DNA of 64,000 nt from the human T2T-CHM13v2.0 reference genome, Homo sapiens. A program made the position numbers and the translations under genes. This document shows, piece by piece, positions 1 to 12,479 of this stretch. The stretch is taken from NCBI GenBank assembly GCA_009914755.4, contig CP086569.2, positions 20,864,001 through 20,928,000 of the forward strand, given 5' to 3'. Under the pieces are notes generated by a model, which was not told the origin of the DNA, did no database searches, and saw only the letters and a program-made list of their open reading frames with translations. Numbering within the stretch: position 1 is the first letter of the stretch; every line of letters begins with the position of its first letter.

Positions 1-540
1 AGGGGCACCCCACCCAGCTGTGCCATGCTAACACCAACTACTACTGTAAAAAACTGCACAAAGGCCAGTACCCTGGGACCTGCAACAGCCAACAGGAATA
101 CACTCCATTTCATTGCCACTAGCACCGGAAAACAAGGACTGGTCCCCTTCCTTACTAAGCACTTTGGATGGCACCAACCATTGGATACAGTGACCAGAGG
201 CCTGGAAGCACCTCAGTCTCTCTAGCACAGCAGATCCCAAACTTGGAGGAGCCAGAGAACAAAGCTGGGACTGCTTAACATTCACCCATAATTACAGGAT
301 GCAGTTCAGAATTCCCGAGCTTAGCCTTACCTCCCAAATAAGACCTTTCAGAAATGAAGCCAGTCAACTGAACCCACCTAATACCACTATCCAACCCCAA
401 ATGAAATCAAATAGGATAAAGAGAAAAACAAAAACTATCAAAGGACACAACTTCAAAGACAGAAGGAACATCAGCCCACAAAGATGAGTAAGAATGCACC
501 AAAATGTAGCCACCTTTCTTGTGAGCTATCACCCAGCATT
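1..540 (+). mobile_element. Probable LINE-1 5'UTR fragment from an older L1P subfamily, ending near an ORF1-like ATG context (cacaaagATG)
   Basis: The A-rich 3' part resembles the L1 5'UTR just upstream of ORF1; no long ORF follows; assignment by eye only. Confidence 0.3.
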
Positions 541-574
541 CTTTATCTCAAGTTCATGATGATTAACGATCATG

Positions 575-1200
575 GACACAAAGGTGAGGTTGGAGCAAAA
601 GTTTAATAAGTGAAAGAAGAAAGCTCTCTGCTGACAGACAGGGGGGCCTGAATGGGTTAACCTCTGTGAGGCTGGGGTTCGGGGATTTTATGCATTGGGA
701 AGGGAAAGAAATGTGCTTAGTCTGTGGGCTATCTTGGAAAAAGCTTGCTCAGGTTGGCCCACAACCTTGGCCCAGGACCAAACAGGAGCTGAAGAGAGGA
801 TTCATAGAGGTAGCTTAGGTTAGCCTGGGAACTATCAGGAGCTGAAGTGAAAGGTTGGCCTGGGATTTTGGCCTGGAACCAATCAAGGAACTGAAGTGAT
901 AATTAATAGAGGTCAAGCTCATCCTCTATAAAGGAAAGGAAAGTGCCCATCAGAACCCACTGGAGTCCACAGTGTTCATACCCACAAAAGAAGAAGAAAC
1001 TTTTTTCCTGGGAACTCACTGATTATACAAAGGACAAAGGCATTTCTGTGTCAATCCTTGTGCTGCTAATTTGCATCATGATCGTTCGGTGTGAAGAATT
1101 CCCTTTAGCATTTCTTATAAGGCATTTCTTCTCTCTCTCAGTTTCTGTTTATTTGGGAAGGTCTTTATCTCTCCTTAATTCTAAAGCACATCTTTGACAT
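575..1200 (+). mobile_element. Unclassified ERV LTR with three tandem ~45-bp U3 repeats and a TATA box (ctctataaagg)
   Basis: Tandem units ggcccaggaccaaacaggagctgaagagagg / ctgggaactatcaggagctgaagtgaaagg / cctggaaccaatcaaggaactgaagtgataa at ~760-900, then TATAAA; homologous to the inverted copy at 17700-18545. Confidence 0.5.
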
Positions 1201-1560
1201 ATACAGCACCCTTGGTTGATAGTTTTTTTGTTTTCCCTTCATCACTTTTGATATATCAGCCTACTCTCTCCTAGCCTATAAGATTTCTGCTGAGAAATCT
1301 GCTGCTAACCTTGGACTATCTTATATGTTCGGTCCTTCTTTTCTTTTGCTGCTATCAGGATTTGGTCTTTGTCCTCAATTTTTGACAGTTTAATTATAAT
1401 ATGTCTTTGTGTCATCTTATTTGGATTGAATCTGTTTGGAAACCTTTGATCTTTCTGTACTGAGATTTATATTTCTCCAATTTTTGAGAGTTTTCTGCTA
1501 TTATCATTTAAAATGAGATTTCGACCTCTCCTTCTTTTCCTTTTACATTGATTTCTGCCC
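1200..1560 (-). mobile_element. Ancient L1 (L1M-like) ORF2 fragment, antisense
   Basis: The T-rich strand resembles antisense L1 ORF2 3' region (ttctgctgagaaatctgctgctaacc...tttgacagtttaattataatatgtct). Confidence 0.3.
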
Positions 1561-2450
1561 TTTTGAAAATATAGAGACTTATTCTAGGCTTTGCAGACTG
1601 GCTTTGTCTGGGAGTCTTGTCCTTGCAGACTGGCTTTGTCTGGGAAAGCCCTCTTCCAGTCATCCTTTCCTGAGATTCTGGATAGGATGCCTGGAATGTC
1701 TGAAGGTAGTCATTGGTCAGGCAGGAGTCATTGGGCAGGCTAACCTGGTGCCTTGGTCAGCAGGTAGAAAGGCCTGGCACCTACATCTGCATTGCTGGTC
1801 CTGAATCCTGTATCTACTGGGGTGGACCTGTGAATTGCATCTGTAGAGATGGGCCTGGAGGTTGGGTAAATGAGGATGAGCCAAAAGCTAGTATGTGTGG
1901 AGGTTGGCCTAAAATCTGGACCCACAAAGGCTGACATAACATCAGGGTGGGCCTTTAACTTAAGTGCTAAAAGTCTGGTTTGTCACTGGGGTTGTAGGAG
2001 ATTGGTGAAGGTGGTGGGAAAAATTGTAGAAAGATGCAAACCCTCTTGGAAAGCCAGGAGGTTTTACAAAAGCTTTGGAAAATGATTTGGCTGAAGGCAG
2101 CCAGATTCTCTTATCCAGTGCCTGAAAGCTTAGTTTAGATAACAGGGGGATGTAAAGAAACTTATCTAGATAAGTTAGTTTACTTAGGCCTAGTATCTGT
2201 GTACACAGGACTACTCTCTCAGGGAGGATGAGCATGTTAATTACCCACAAGTGTTTTTACTCAAGGCCTTTGTCATTAAATCTGTACTGAATAAATGCCT
2301 GCAGTGCCAGCTTGTCAGGGCCAAGGCTGCTGCAACTCTTTCTGTGGGTGGTCTGGTCCTCTAGCCCACTCTTTCACTGGATATCTATGTTGCAGTGCAT
2401 TTGTTAATTTGTTTCTTGGTCAGGATCTGTGGGTTGGACATGGCAGGTGG
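1560..2450 (+). mobile_element. LTR-like sequence with AATAAA polyadenylation signal (possible ERV LTR R/U5)
   Basis: ctgtactgaataaatgcctgcagtgccagc followed by ...ggttggaca tgg...; no gag-like ORFs; family not assignable. Confidence 0.25.
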
Positions 2451-2637
2451 TGTCCTGTGTGAGGAACACTGCAATAGATTGAGATGGAACCCTTGAAAAC
2501 AAAGGTGAGGAGACCATGCAGTCAGTAAGTCATGGGTGCCAACTCAGGATTTCCAGGCTTGAATGAATTGTTCAGGCTAGGGTTTCATTATGGGGCAACT
2601 GTTATCAGCACAACAAAAGCAGTACATGAAAGCATTG

Positions 2638-2950
2638 AGGCCAGATGTGGTGGCTCACGCCTGTAATCCCAGCACTTTGGGAGGCTGAGGTGGGCAGATC
2701 ATGAGGTCAGGAGATCCAGACCATCCTGGCTAACATGGTGAAACCCCATCTCCACTAAAAAATACAAAAAACATAGCCAAGTATGGTAACAGGTGCCTGT
2801 AGTCCCAGCTACTCAGGAGGCTGAGGCAGGAGAATGGTGTGAACCTGGAAGACGGAGCTTGCTGTGAGCTGAGACCATGCCACTGCACTCCAGCCTGGGT
2901 GACAGAGCAAGACTCTGTCACAAGAACAATAAATAAAAAATAAATAAAAG
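2638..2950 (+). mobile_element. Alu (AluS/Y-like), full length with A-rich tail
   Basis: ggccagatgtggtggctcacgcctgtaatcccagcactttgggaggctgagg ... gcctgggtgacagagcaagactctgtc + aaataaaaaataaataaaag. Confidence 0.95.
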
Positions 2951-3299
2951 TATTGAAACAGCTGCTTTAATCTATCAGAGCCTTGGTTTTGCAGGCTCAA
3001 TTAAGGGACCTAATGCAAACTGCTGTTTTCCATAACCCATGGTTCCCAGGAGAAGGTATGCTAGACACAGAGCTCTGGGAACAAGTGGGGAGAAATCTTA
3101 AACAACATCATGTGCTAGGGCAATTAGTCCTAGTAACATCTCTGATGTTATGGGTTTTAGTTAGGGTGGCTCTGGTCCTGCTTTACACAGCAGAGCCTAA
3201 AAAAGAGGAGGGAGGAGGAACCATCACCTATCTTACCACCTTATCGCTACTGAATAAATCCCTCAGCCCCACTATCACTGGGCCAAAATAACAAAGAGA

Positions 3300-6200
3300 A
3301 AATGGAGGTATTTCATGAGCCCCCCTCCTACAATAAATTGGAAAAAAGACAGGAGATACACTACAGTTATGGGACCCTGTCTTAGGTAAGTGGCATTAAA
3401 AGGGGAGCTCTTAGCCTGCCCAGTAGTGCAAGATCAACAAAGCAATCAGGTACATAAAGAGATAAGGAAAACCATTAGAGATAATGGAGACACTAGCTCA
3501 TTTACAAAAGGATTAATTGAGGCCATAGCAGACAACTTATCTATGACTCCATGAGACTGCTCAGTGCTAGCTAAAACAACTTTAAACACCAGTCAATATC
3601 TCCTCTGGAGGGCAGAATTTGATGAATTCTGTGAACAGCAAAGCCTTTTCTAATCATAGCCACTGTTATTCCTCTCCTACCCTTGATGGGACTCTCTCAA
3701 GATCCAATTTGGGTAGAACAGTAGCCTTTAAAGGGAGAGAAATTACCAACAGCCCATGAGTTAGTTGAGGAGCAATTAAAAACCAGTCATATAGAATCGT
3801 CAAACAGCCCTTCAAATTCACCCATTTTTATCAATCCCAAATGGAAAATGGAGACTTTTTGCATGACTTACATGCTGTCAATGCTAATCTGCAACCTATG
3901 GTGCCCTTTCAGCAGGGGCTCCCTCACCTTGCAGTGATTTATCAAGATTGGCCTATAATCATTACTGACTTAAAAGACTGCTTTTATACTATCCCCCATG
4001 CAAAACAGGACAGAGAAAACTTCCATTTACAAGATCAGCTATCAATAAGGAAAAGCCAGCTCACCAATTTTATTGGAAGGTACTTCCTCAAGGTATGCTG
4101 AAGAGACATACCATATGTCAGTATCAGGTAAATCAAGCTTTACAGTAGAAAAAAAATTCAAATTACAAGATTATTCATTTTATTGATATTTTACTAGCAG
4201 CCCCAACAGAGCCAGTACTTTTCAAGTTATATGCCTCTGTCATAAAGAATACACAGTTAAGAGATTAAATCATAGCACCTAAAAAAAATACAGATGTCTT
4301 CTCTTTGGAAAAATCTTGGGTACCTACTACCTTCTTGGTCAGTAAGACCTCAAAATGTTAAATTAAATGCTAGCACCTTAAATGATTATCAGAAATTACT
4401 AGGCGATATTAACTGGCTTTGCTTCATCTTAGACATAACTAGTGATAAGTTACAGAACCGGCTTTCTATGCTAAAAGGCAATGTGTCTGGAATTGGTTCC
4501 CTCCATTAGGTTCTTGGTCTTGCAGACTTCAATAATGAAGCCGCAGACCCTCGCAGTGAGTGTTATAGTCTTAAAGACCATGTGTCTAGAGTTCGTTCCT
4601 TCAGATGTTTGTGGTCTCACTGACTTCAGGAGTGAAGCTGCAGACTTCCTCAGTGAATGTTACAGCTCTTAAAGATGGCACGTCCAGAATTGTTTTTTAT
4701 CTCCTGGTGGGTTCGTGGTCTTGCTGAGTTCAGGAAAGAAGCTGCAGACCTTCACAATGATTGTTACAGCTCTTAAAGGTGGCTCATCCAGAGTTGTTCA
4801 TTCTTCCAGTGGGTTTGTGGTCTGCTGGTTTCAGGAGTGAAGCTGCAGACCTTCGTGGTGTTACAGATCATAAAGGTAGTGTGGACCCAAAAAGAGCAGC
4901 AGCAAGATTTATTGCAAAAAGTGAAAGAACAAAGCTCCCACAGCATGGAAGGGGACATGATGGGTTGCCGCTACTGGCTCTGGTGGCCACTTTTTTCCCC
5001 TTATTTGGCCCCACCTACATCCTGCTGATTGATCCATTTTACAGAGTGCTGATTGGTCCTTTTTTACAGAGTGCTTATTGGTGGATTTACAAACTTTTAG
5101 CTAGACACAGAGTGCTGATTGGGGCATTTACAATCCTTTAACTAGACAGAAAAGTTCTCCAAGTCCCCACCCAACCCAGAAACCCAGCTGGCTTCACTTC
5201 TTAGCAATACTGCCCTAGACTCTCCCAAGTATTTAACTCCTGCAGCACGAAGAGAAACTGAAGAGATAGAGCAAGCTATTTCTCAGAAGCAACTAGATTG
5301 CATAGATGCATGGTATTCAGTTCAGTTGTTTGTTTTTCCCACTCAACAGTCTCCTACAGGGTTAATAGGACCGATGGCCCCAGGGCTGTCTCTCTAGAAT
5401 GAGTTTTTTCCTCACAAATCAGGACTAAAACCCTCTCTCCCTAAATCCAGTTAGTTAGTTAATAAAGTCATGTATTCAGGCTGCAGATGATGCAATCAGT
5501 TGCTAGGTTATGACTCTGTTATCAGAATTTGTTTAAGTAAAAAGGAATTTGAAGCATTATTGCCCTTATTTATGGACTTGCAATTAGCACTTTCCAATTA
5601 TATAGGACATATAGAGCACACCCTTCCTGCTGACAAACTCCTTTAGCTCTTATCTTGTACTTCTATGGTTTTGCCTACTAAAATAGTTCAATACCCCATA
5701 CCTGATGCTTTAACACTGTTTACTGGTGACTCTGGTAAATGGAAAAACGGCTGTTTGGTGGAGACTGCATAATTCCCTCACTCCTTCTGGATTCGCTAGC
5801 ACTCAGAGAGCTGAGGTTGGAGCCTTAATATTGGCCTCAGAAACTTTTTCCACCCAGCCTATCAATATTGTTAGTGACTCTGCTTACTCTGCTTTCTTAT
5901 TGCAGAAACTTGAGACAGCCCTCATTAAGTCCACTCTGGAGCCCATCCTGTGTGTACTTTTTCACTGACTTCAGCAATTGCTAGATCAACGTACACATCC
6001 TATTTTTATTACACACACTTGGGCCCATAGCTCATTGCCTGGCCCATTGGCTTATGGAAATAATAAAGCAGACCTGCAAGTTATGACATCACAGCTTGAC
6101 TAAGCCACCTAATTGCATCAATTCTTTTCACCAAAACTGGAGAAACTTATCTAAACAATCTCAATTTACCCAGAGGTTAGCTAAACAAATTACCCTGCAA

Positions 6201-6650
6201 TGTCCAGATTGCCAGCTCACAGGTACATCTCCTCCTTCAACGGGTGCTAACCCTATAAAACTAGAACCTAATCAGTTATGGCAAACAGATGTTACATATG
6301 TCCCTGAATTTGGAAAACTTAAATATATACATGTATCCATTGATACATTTAATTAGCACTCATGCTTCTCCTGGAGAGTCCACCTGATATGTCATTAAAC
6401 ATCCTCTTTTAACTTTTGCATTTACGGGATGGCCCACAAAAATTAAAACTGACAATGGTCCAGCTTATGCCAGCTCAAAATGTCACATCTAGAACATCCA
6501 ACATTCCACAGGCATCCTGTTACAACCCACAAGGACAGGCCATAGTAGAACATGTCCATTCAACTCAGACTCAAGTATTGTCTTAGAGCAATGTAAAAGT
6601 GGACAAACAAAAATTCTAACCAGAAATGATACACTTAAGACATGCAGAAT
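3300..6650 (+). pseudogene. HERV-K-like (class II/betaretroviral ERV) pol remnant: RT, RNase H and integrase, pseudogenised and interrupted by the LTR12 at 4482-5214
   Basis: Translations: LQPMVPFQQGLPHLAVIYQDWPIIITDLKDCFYTIP and WKVLPQGMLK..ICQ (RT); LNDYQKLLGDINWL (RT connection); FTGDSGKW...QRAEVGALILA...IVSDSAY (RNase H); HFHQNW...CPDCQ...WQTDVTYVPEFGKLKYIHVSIDT and KTDNGPAYAS (integrase HHCC + core); multiple stops and frameshifts. Confidence 0.8.
4482..5214 (-). mobile_element. Solo LTR12 (HERV9 LTR) nested inside the ERVK pol, antisense to it
   Basis: rc contains ctttgcaataaatcttgctgctgctc (R/polyA signal), CCAAT-bearing U3 repeats (cagcactctgtaaa...caccaatcag) and the U5 repeat gctgtaacactcac..gaaggtctgcagcttcactcctga; possible short duplication GCAA at both junctions. 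Confidence 0.8.
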
Positions 6651-7309
6651 CAACACAAATTATAAAAATGCAGGTTAAAATCCCATTATTGTATTGTGCA
6701 GCTTTACTTTAAATATTATTCTAGAATGTTCACTTCTCTTATTCTTATTGTTTAAATGAACTGAGAATCTTTATTTTGCATTGCTTTTTGGTAAATGACC
6801 TAGGCATTAACATAACATTAAGAAAAATAAGCAGCAGCAGAGAAAAATCATACAGTTCTAATTCTCAAATTAAAATAAGCAGGACATAGAAAATTTACAC
6901 TAGTTTTACCTGCTTAAGCTAACTTTCTGGGAAACAGTATGGGACAACTTAAAAATATGTTGCATTGGATTAAAAATGATAGTCTTAAAAGTTCCAAGTA
7001 GCATAAACTTGGGAATAATATGCTCATGTGTTTAGAATACTGTATAAAAAAAGAGGATGTTAAAATTAGAGATTCAATTCCAATTTATGAACAACTGATG
7101 TTTAATGATTTGTTCAAATAAAAAACAACCTGTAGCCTAAATGCTACAATTTGTCTTTCAAATGTATTATATGAAACAAAAACAAGCAAACAAAAATAAT
7201 AAATGTAAGTCCATGACAACATTTAGATCACATGGTCAATTAATTGTGTAAAAAAATTGTGTCCAAAGAGGTAACATGAATAAATCAATTAGTGGTGATT
7301 TCTGGGATA

Positions 7310-8990
7310 CTGGAGCACCCATCGCCAAGCAGAGTACATTACACCCAATGTACAGTCATTTATCCCTCACCCCCATCCCACTGTTCCCCGAGTCTCCAGA
7401 GTTAATTATATTGTTACGCTTTTGTATCTTCATGGCTTAGATCCTACTTATAAGTGAAAACATACATTTGATTTTGTATTTCTGAGTTACCTCCCTTAGA
7501 ATCATGGCTTCCAGCTACATCCAGGTTGTCACAAATGAAATTATTTTACTACTTTTATGGCTCAGTGGTATCCCATAATATCCGTATTTAACATTTTCTT
7601 TATTCACTCATTGGTTGAAGAGCATTTATGTTGGTTCCATATTTTTTTTTGCAATTGCGAATTATCCTGCTATAATCATGCTTGTGCAAGTGTCTTTTCA
7701 GTAGTATGTAGTATGGGATTGTTAGATCAAATGATAGTTCTATGTTAGTTCTTTAAGGAATCTCCATACTGTTTTTCACAGTGGCTGTACCACTGTTTAT
7801 ATTACCACCAGCAGTGTAAAACTGTTTACTTTTTGACACATCCATGCAAACATCTATTATTTTTTGATTTTTAAAATTATGGCCATTTTTGCAGGAGGAA
7901 GGTAGGAAGGCATTTATTTGTATTTCCCTGATAATCAGGGGTGCTGAGTATTTTTTAATTTGTTTGTTGTCCTGTTGTACATCTTCTTTTGAGAGTTGTC
8001 CATTCATGTTCTTAGCCCATTTTTTGTAGGCATCCTTTATTTTCCTCCTGCTGATATGTTTGTCTCTTGTAGATTCTGGATATTAGTTGTTTGTCACATG
8101 TCTAGATTGTGAAGATTTTTCTCCCCCTCTGTGGGTTGTCTGTTTACTCTGCTGATTCTTTCTTTTGCTGTATGGAAGCTTTCTAATTCAATTAAGTCCC
8201 ATTTATTTATCCTTTTTTGTTGTTGCACTTGCTTTTGGATTCTTGCTTAAGACTTTTTCTATGTCTACAAGAGTTTCTCTGATGTTACCTCTAGAACTTT
8301 TATGGTTTCAGATCTTAGATTTGAGTCTTTTCTCCATGTTTAGTTGATTTTCTTGATAAGGTGAGAGATGAGAATCCCCCTTTATTTCTCTGCATCTGGC
8401 TGGCAAATCATTTCAGCACTATTTGTTGAATAGGGTGTCCTTTTCTCACTTCATGTTTTTGTTGCTTTATGAGAGATTAATTGGCTGTAAGTTTTTGGCA
8501 CTATTTCTGGGTCCTCTATTCTGGTCCATTGTTCTGTATACCAGTTTTTATACCAGTACCATGCTGTTTTGGTAACTACAGCCTTGTACTGTAGTTGGAA
8601 TTCTGATAATGTGATACCTGCAGATTTTTTCTTTTTTTTTTTTTTTTTTTTGGTTTGGCTATGTGGGACCTTTTTTTGTTCTATATAAATTTTAGGACTC
8701 TGCTTTTTAGTTATGTGAAGGATGATTATGACAGTTTCTGGAAATTGCACTAAATTTATAGTTTGCTTTTGGCAGTATAGTCCATTTTCACAATATTAAT
8801 TTTATTCATCCATGCTTATGGGATGTGTTTCAATTTGTTTGTGTCATCTATGATTTTTTTCAGCAGTGTTTTGTAGTTTTCCTTATGGAGATCTGCCACA
8901 TTCCTGGTTAGGCATATTCTTAGGAATTCTTTATTTTATTTTATTTTGCAGCTGTAGTAAAAGGGATTGGTTCTTGAGTTGATTCTCAGC
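7310..8990 (-). mobile_element. LINE-1 3' portion (ORF2 C-terminal region + 3'UTR), older L1P subfamily
   Basis: Antisense matches to L1 ORF2 3' half (ccagtaccatgctgttttggtaactacagccttgtactgtagttggaa...; cacaatattaattttattcatccatg...); no intact ORF. Confidence 0.8.
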
Positions 8991-9184
8991 TTGGTCTCTG
9001 AGGGGTAGCAAGGGCCTGGTTAAGGGGAGAGAAGGATGTTTAATGGGCACAAAAAATAAAAATAATCAATAAGACTTACTATTTAATAGCACAAAAGGCT
9101 GACTATATTCAATAATAACTTAATTTTACAATTTAAAGTACTTAACGAGTGTAATATTTTATAACTTATTATTATTATTATACT

Positions 9185-9455
9185 TTTTTTTTGGATATGG
9201 AGTTTTCCATATGACATGATCTCAGCTCACTGCAACCTCTGCTGACTGGGTGCAAGTGATTATCCTGCCTCAGCCTCCCAGGTAGCTGGGATTACAGGCA
9301 CCCACCAACAGTGCCAGCTGATTTTAATATTTTCAGTAGAGATGTGGTTTCAAAATGTTGCCCAGGCTGGTCTTGAGCCCCTGACCTCAAGTGATCCACC
9401 TGTCTCGGCCTCCTAAATGGCCAGAATTACAGGTGTGAGCCACAGTGCCTGGCCT
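9185..9455 (-). mobile_element. Alu (antisense), poly-T at left edge
   Basis: tttttttttgg...ctcagctcactgcaacctc...gcctcagcctcccaggtagctgggattacaggc...ggcctcctaaatggccagaattacaggtgtgagccacagtgcctggcc. Confidence 0.95.
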
Positions 9456-9499
9456 ATTTTTTGTAACTTAAAGGATAAATGGTTTAGAAGATTAATTCC

Positions 9500-10950
9500 C
9501 CATTCTTCATAATGTGCTTATTTCACATTGCATGCATATGTCAGAATATCTCATGTATCCCAAAATATATATGCCTATTAAATAGGGACAGACATTTTAA
9601 AAAAGAACATAATATCTTGCTTTATTTTAAAGAAATAGAAGGATCAAAACTATAGAAATAAGAGGTAATAAGAAATAAATAAAATTTTAGCAATTAAATA
9701 AAATGAATAGTCATAAGATAAAAAATAAATAGAAGTAAAATAAACAGGGCTATAATAAAATTAAAATGTAAAGATAAACAAAAATAAAATATGAATAAAG
9801 TAATAAAAATAAAACAGATAATATAAAGAAAAACAAAACTTTAAAAATAGGGAAGAAATGCAAACATAACAAAAGTGCAAAAAATGAAAAAAATTAAAAA
9901 CTAAAATGAAAATAAATAAAGAAGACTATAAATGGAGACATAATAGAAAATATAGTAAAAAATTAAAAAATGAATTAAATGCAGACAGAACAAAATGAGA
10001 TAATTGCAAATAAAATAGAAAATAATTAAGTTAGTATTCACAAATAAGTGAAAATAAAAATAAAATAAAAATAATCGAAAGGTAGTAAAACTAACTATAA
10101 ATTGAAAAAATAAATGGAAGAGAAAAAGCTAAACAAAAATAAATACAGTAAATATAAAAAACTAAAAAATAAATAAAAATGTAAAACAAGTGAGGAGAAT
10201 ATTTTTAAAAAATGAATTATAAGATGAATATGTGAGAATATAAAATAAATACTAATAGGATAAAATATACAAAAAATATAAAGAGAAATATGTAAAATTA
10301 ATGAAGATAATATGAGATAGAAGGTAGACATAACTTGAAGTATAATTAAATAAACATTTAATATAAAATAAGAGAAGTGAAAAGCTAAAGTTAAATGAAA
10401 AGTAGTTAGAAACATTTCATACATAATATAAATATATTAAATGAAGATAAATACGATAAAATTAATAATAAAATAAATAAAATATAAAATAAAATAAATA
10501 ATAAATGATGACTATAAAATTAAATTGGCTGTTTTGTAATAAGTGGAGGAATGAAAATAAAGGGAAACCAAATAAAATAAATTAAATAAAAAATAAATAA
10601 AATAAAAAAGAAATATAAGTAAAATAAAATATATATAAAAAGCAAAATAAAAGAAGAACAAAGGAAAAATCTAAAGAAAGAAACTAAAATCAGATAAAAA
10701 TGAGAGGTAAAATTGTAAAATGAAGTAAAAAATAATGTAAAGGGAAATAAAATGCAATTAAGGAAAATTAAGACATAAAAGTTAGACAATAATAAGTGAA
10801 ATAAACATAAAGGAGTGAAACAAATACAAATGCGATGAGAAAAAATCGAATATTCTTAACATAATTTTAAAAATAGAATATATGAAGAGAGAAACAAAAT
10901 AAAGAATAATTTAGAAATAATCATAATTTAAAATGAAGATAATAAAGAAA
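9500..10950. repeat. ~1.45-kb A-rich low-complexity tract (degenerate AAAT/AAATA/GAAAA-type units)
   Basis: Continuous runs such as aaataaataaaattttagcaattaaataaaatgaatag...aaataaataaaataaaaaagaaatataag; minus-strand ORFs of 109 and 89 aa here are F/L/I/Y low-complexity artefacts. Confidence 0.85.
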
Positions 10951-12479
10951 ATAAAACTTTATAACAATTACTTCTGGGAATGCAAGATGGTATGGTAATT
11001 TTGAAAAATAATTCAGCAGCTTCTTATAAAATTAAACCTGTACTTATTCCATGATCCAGGAATTTCAGTCCCAGATATTTACTAAAACAAATTGCAAACT
11101 AACGTTTAAACAATAATCTGTTTCTGAATGTTTATAGTCACTTTCTTTATAACTGTCAGAGGTGGAAGATTAACAGATATTCTTTAATAAGCAAATTAAT
11201 TAGAAAAAAAACCTGGTTCATTTGTACAATGAAATACCACATGTCAAAAAAGGAACTTGTTATGTATTTAAGTGGATCTTTCTAAGTTAGGGAGCTCAGA
11301 TTTAAAGACTGTACACTATATTATTCCATTTACATGACATAGCAAAAGGAAAATTATAGGAAGGGAAGATGAATAGTGGTTGCCCAAAGAAGGGATTGGG
11401 GAAGGAGTTGATTACAATGGGGAAGCATGAGACAATTTTTGACATGTTGTAAAACAGTTCTGTGTAGTAGTTTCGAGGTGAATATGTGACTGTAGACAGT
11501 TGTTAAAATCCACTTCATTGTGAACCACAATAAATAAATTTTTCTCTAGGTAATATTAAAAAAAATTCACCAATATGTTGGAGAAACTAATGTAAAATAT
11601 AGATATTGAAAAATTTATTGAATTGTATTACGAAGTATGACATACTAATATTGAAGGGGTGGAGATGAAAGGTCCTAACTTAAGTAAGTTTAAAATAAAA
11701 AACAGTGTTTTTGTACAGTACTAAGAACTGTAAACAAACACTTTTTTTAGTATATATTAAAACACTTTTAAATATATATTAAAAAGTTAGCAATTCTGAG
11801 ACAATATTATGCTAGTAAGTAAATTATAGATAATTAGATTTGTTTCTCACTGTGTTTGAGGGGAAATAAAATATTAAAAAGAAAATACTAAAACCTTTTG
11901 ATGTTGGATTGTATTTGAAAATATTTGTAGAAACTTTTGTCACTCTTAATATATCTAGAAAAATGATAGATACAGATATAGATAAGTATGAAGAGCTGAG
12001 TTTATATTTACATGCACATTTCCTAACTCCATCAGCTGAGAGGGCCCAGAAGTAGTGGTACTCCAGTATTAGTGAGCACACCGTGATCTCACGTCTTGCT
12101 TTCTAAATTACATTATTTAATAAAATAAAATAGAAAATTTGGGGAAAATGGTTAATTACAGGGCTGTAAATGAAACATACCAAGTGAGTGTAGAATATCT
12201 TTTAGAGTTAGAAAGTTAGGAAATAACTTTAGCAGAAAAAAAAGACATATTAATAGGACCCAGACTTATAGGTCTCACAGTGGAGTAAGCTGGGGCAATG
12301 GCAGTGTTAGTAACAAAATAATTATAGTATTGAATAATTGTATAAACTAGAGACTAAATATCCATGAGTCCATATGGATATAAAAAGATTAAATAAGAAA
12401 AAAGAGAGAAATTAAAAACTGAAAGAAAAAAGAATGTGAAGAAGGAAAAATAAAAGGAAGGGAAAAATGTTTTTGCCAG

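Noticed and set aside
1604-2250. Cluster of 65-96-aa ORFs on both strands
   Set aside because: No recognisable protein motifs; the sequence context is LTR-like (AATAAA, repeat-rich), and the ORF lengths are at chance level for this GC content.
4482-5214. Initial reading of all three LTR12 copies as plus-strand elements (based on the …ggcttcacctctca end)
   Set aside because: The G-rich PPT (agagggggggac) abutting 49460 and the PBS-Arg abutting 53587 only make sense if the LTR12 sense strand is the minus strand. The aataaa/CCAAT features also read correctly only in reverse complement.
575-6650. Single intact HERV-K provirus spanning the LTR at 575-1200 through the pol at 3300-6650
   Set aside because: No gag- or protease-like translation is visible between 1200 and 3300. 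That interval looks like L1M debris plus a different LTR-like piece plus an Alu. The LTR and the pol relic may be unrelated.
10095-10789. Two minus-strand ORFs of 109 and 89 aa with extremely F/L/I/Y-rich proteins
   Set aside because: They are the reverse reading of the A-rich low-complexity tract (poly-T codons); no start context and no domain-like sequence.
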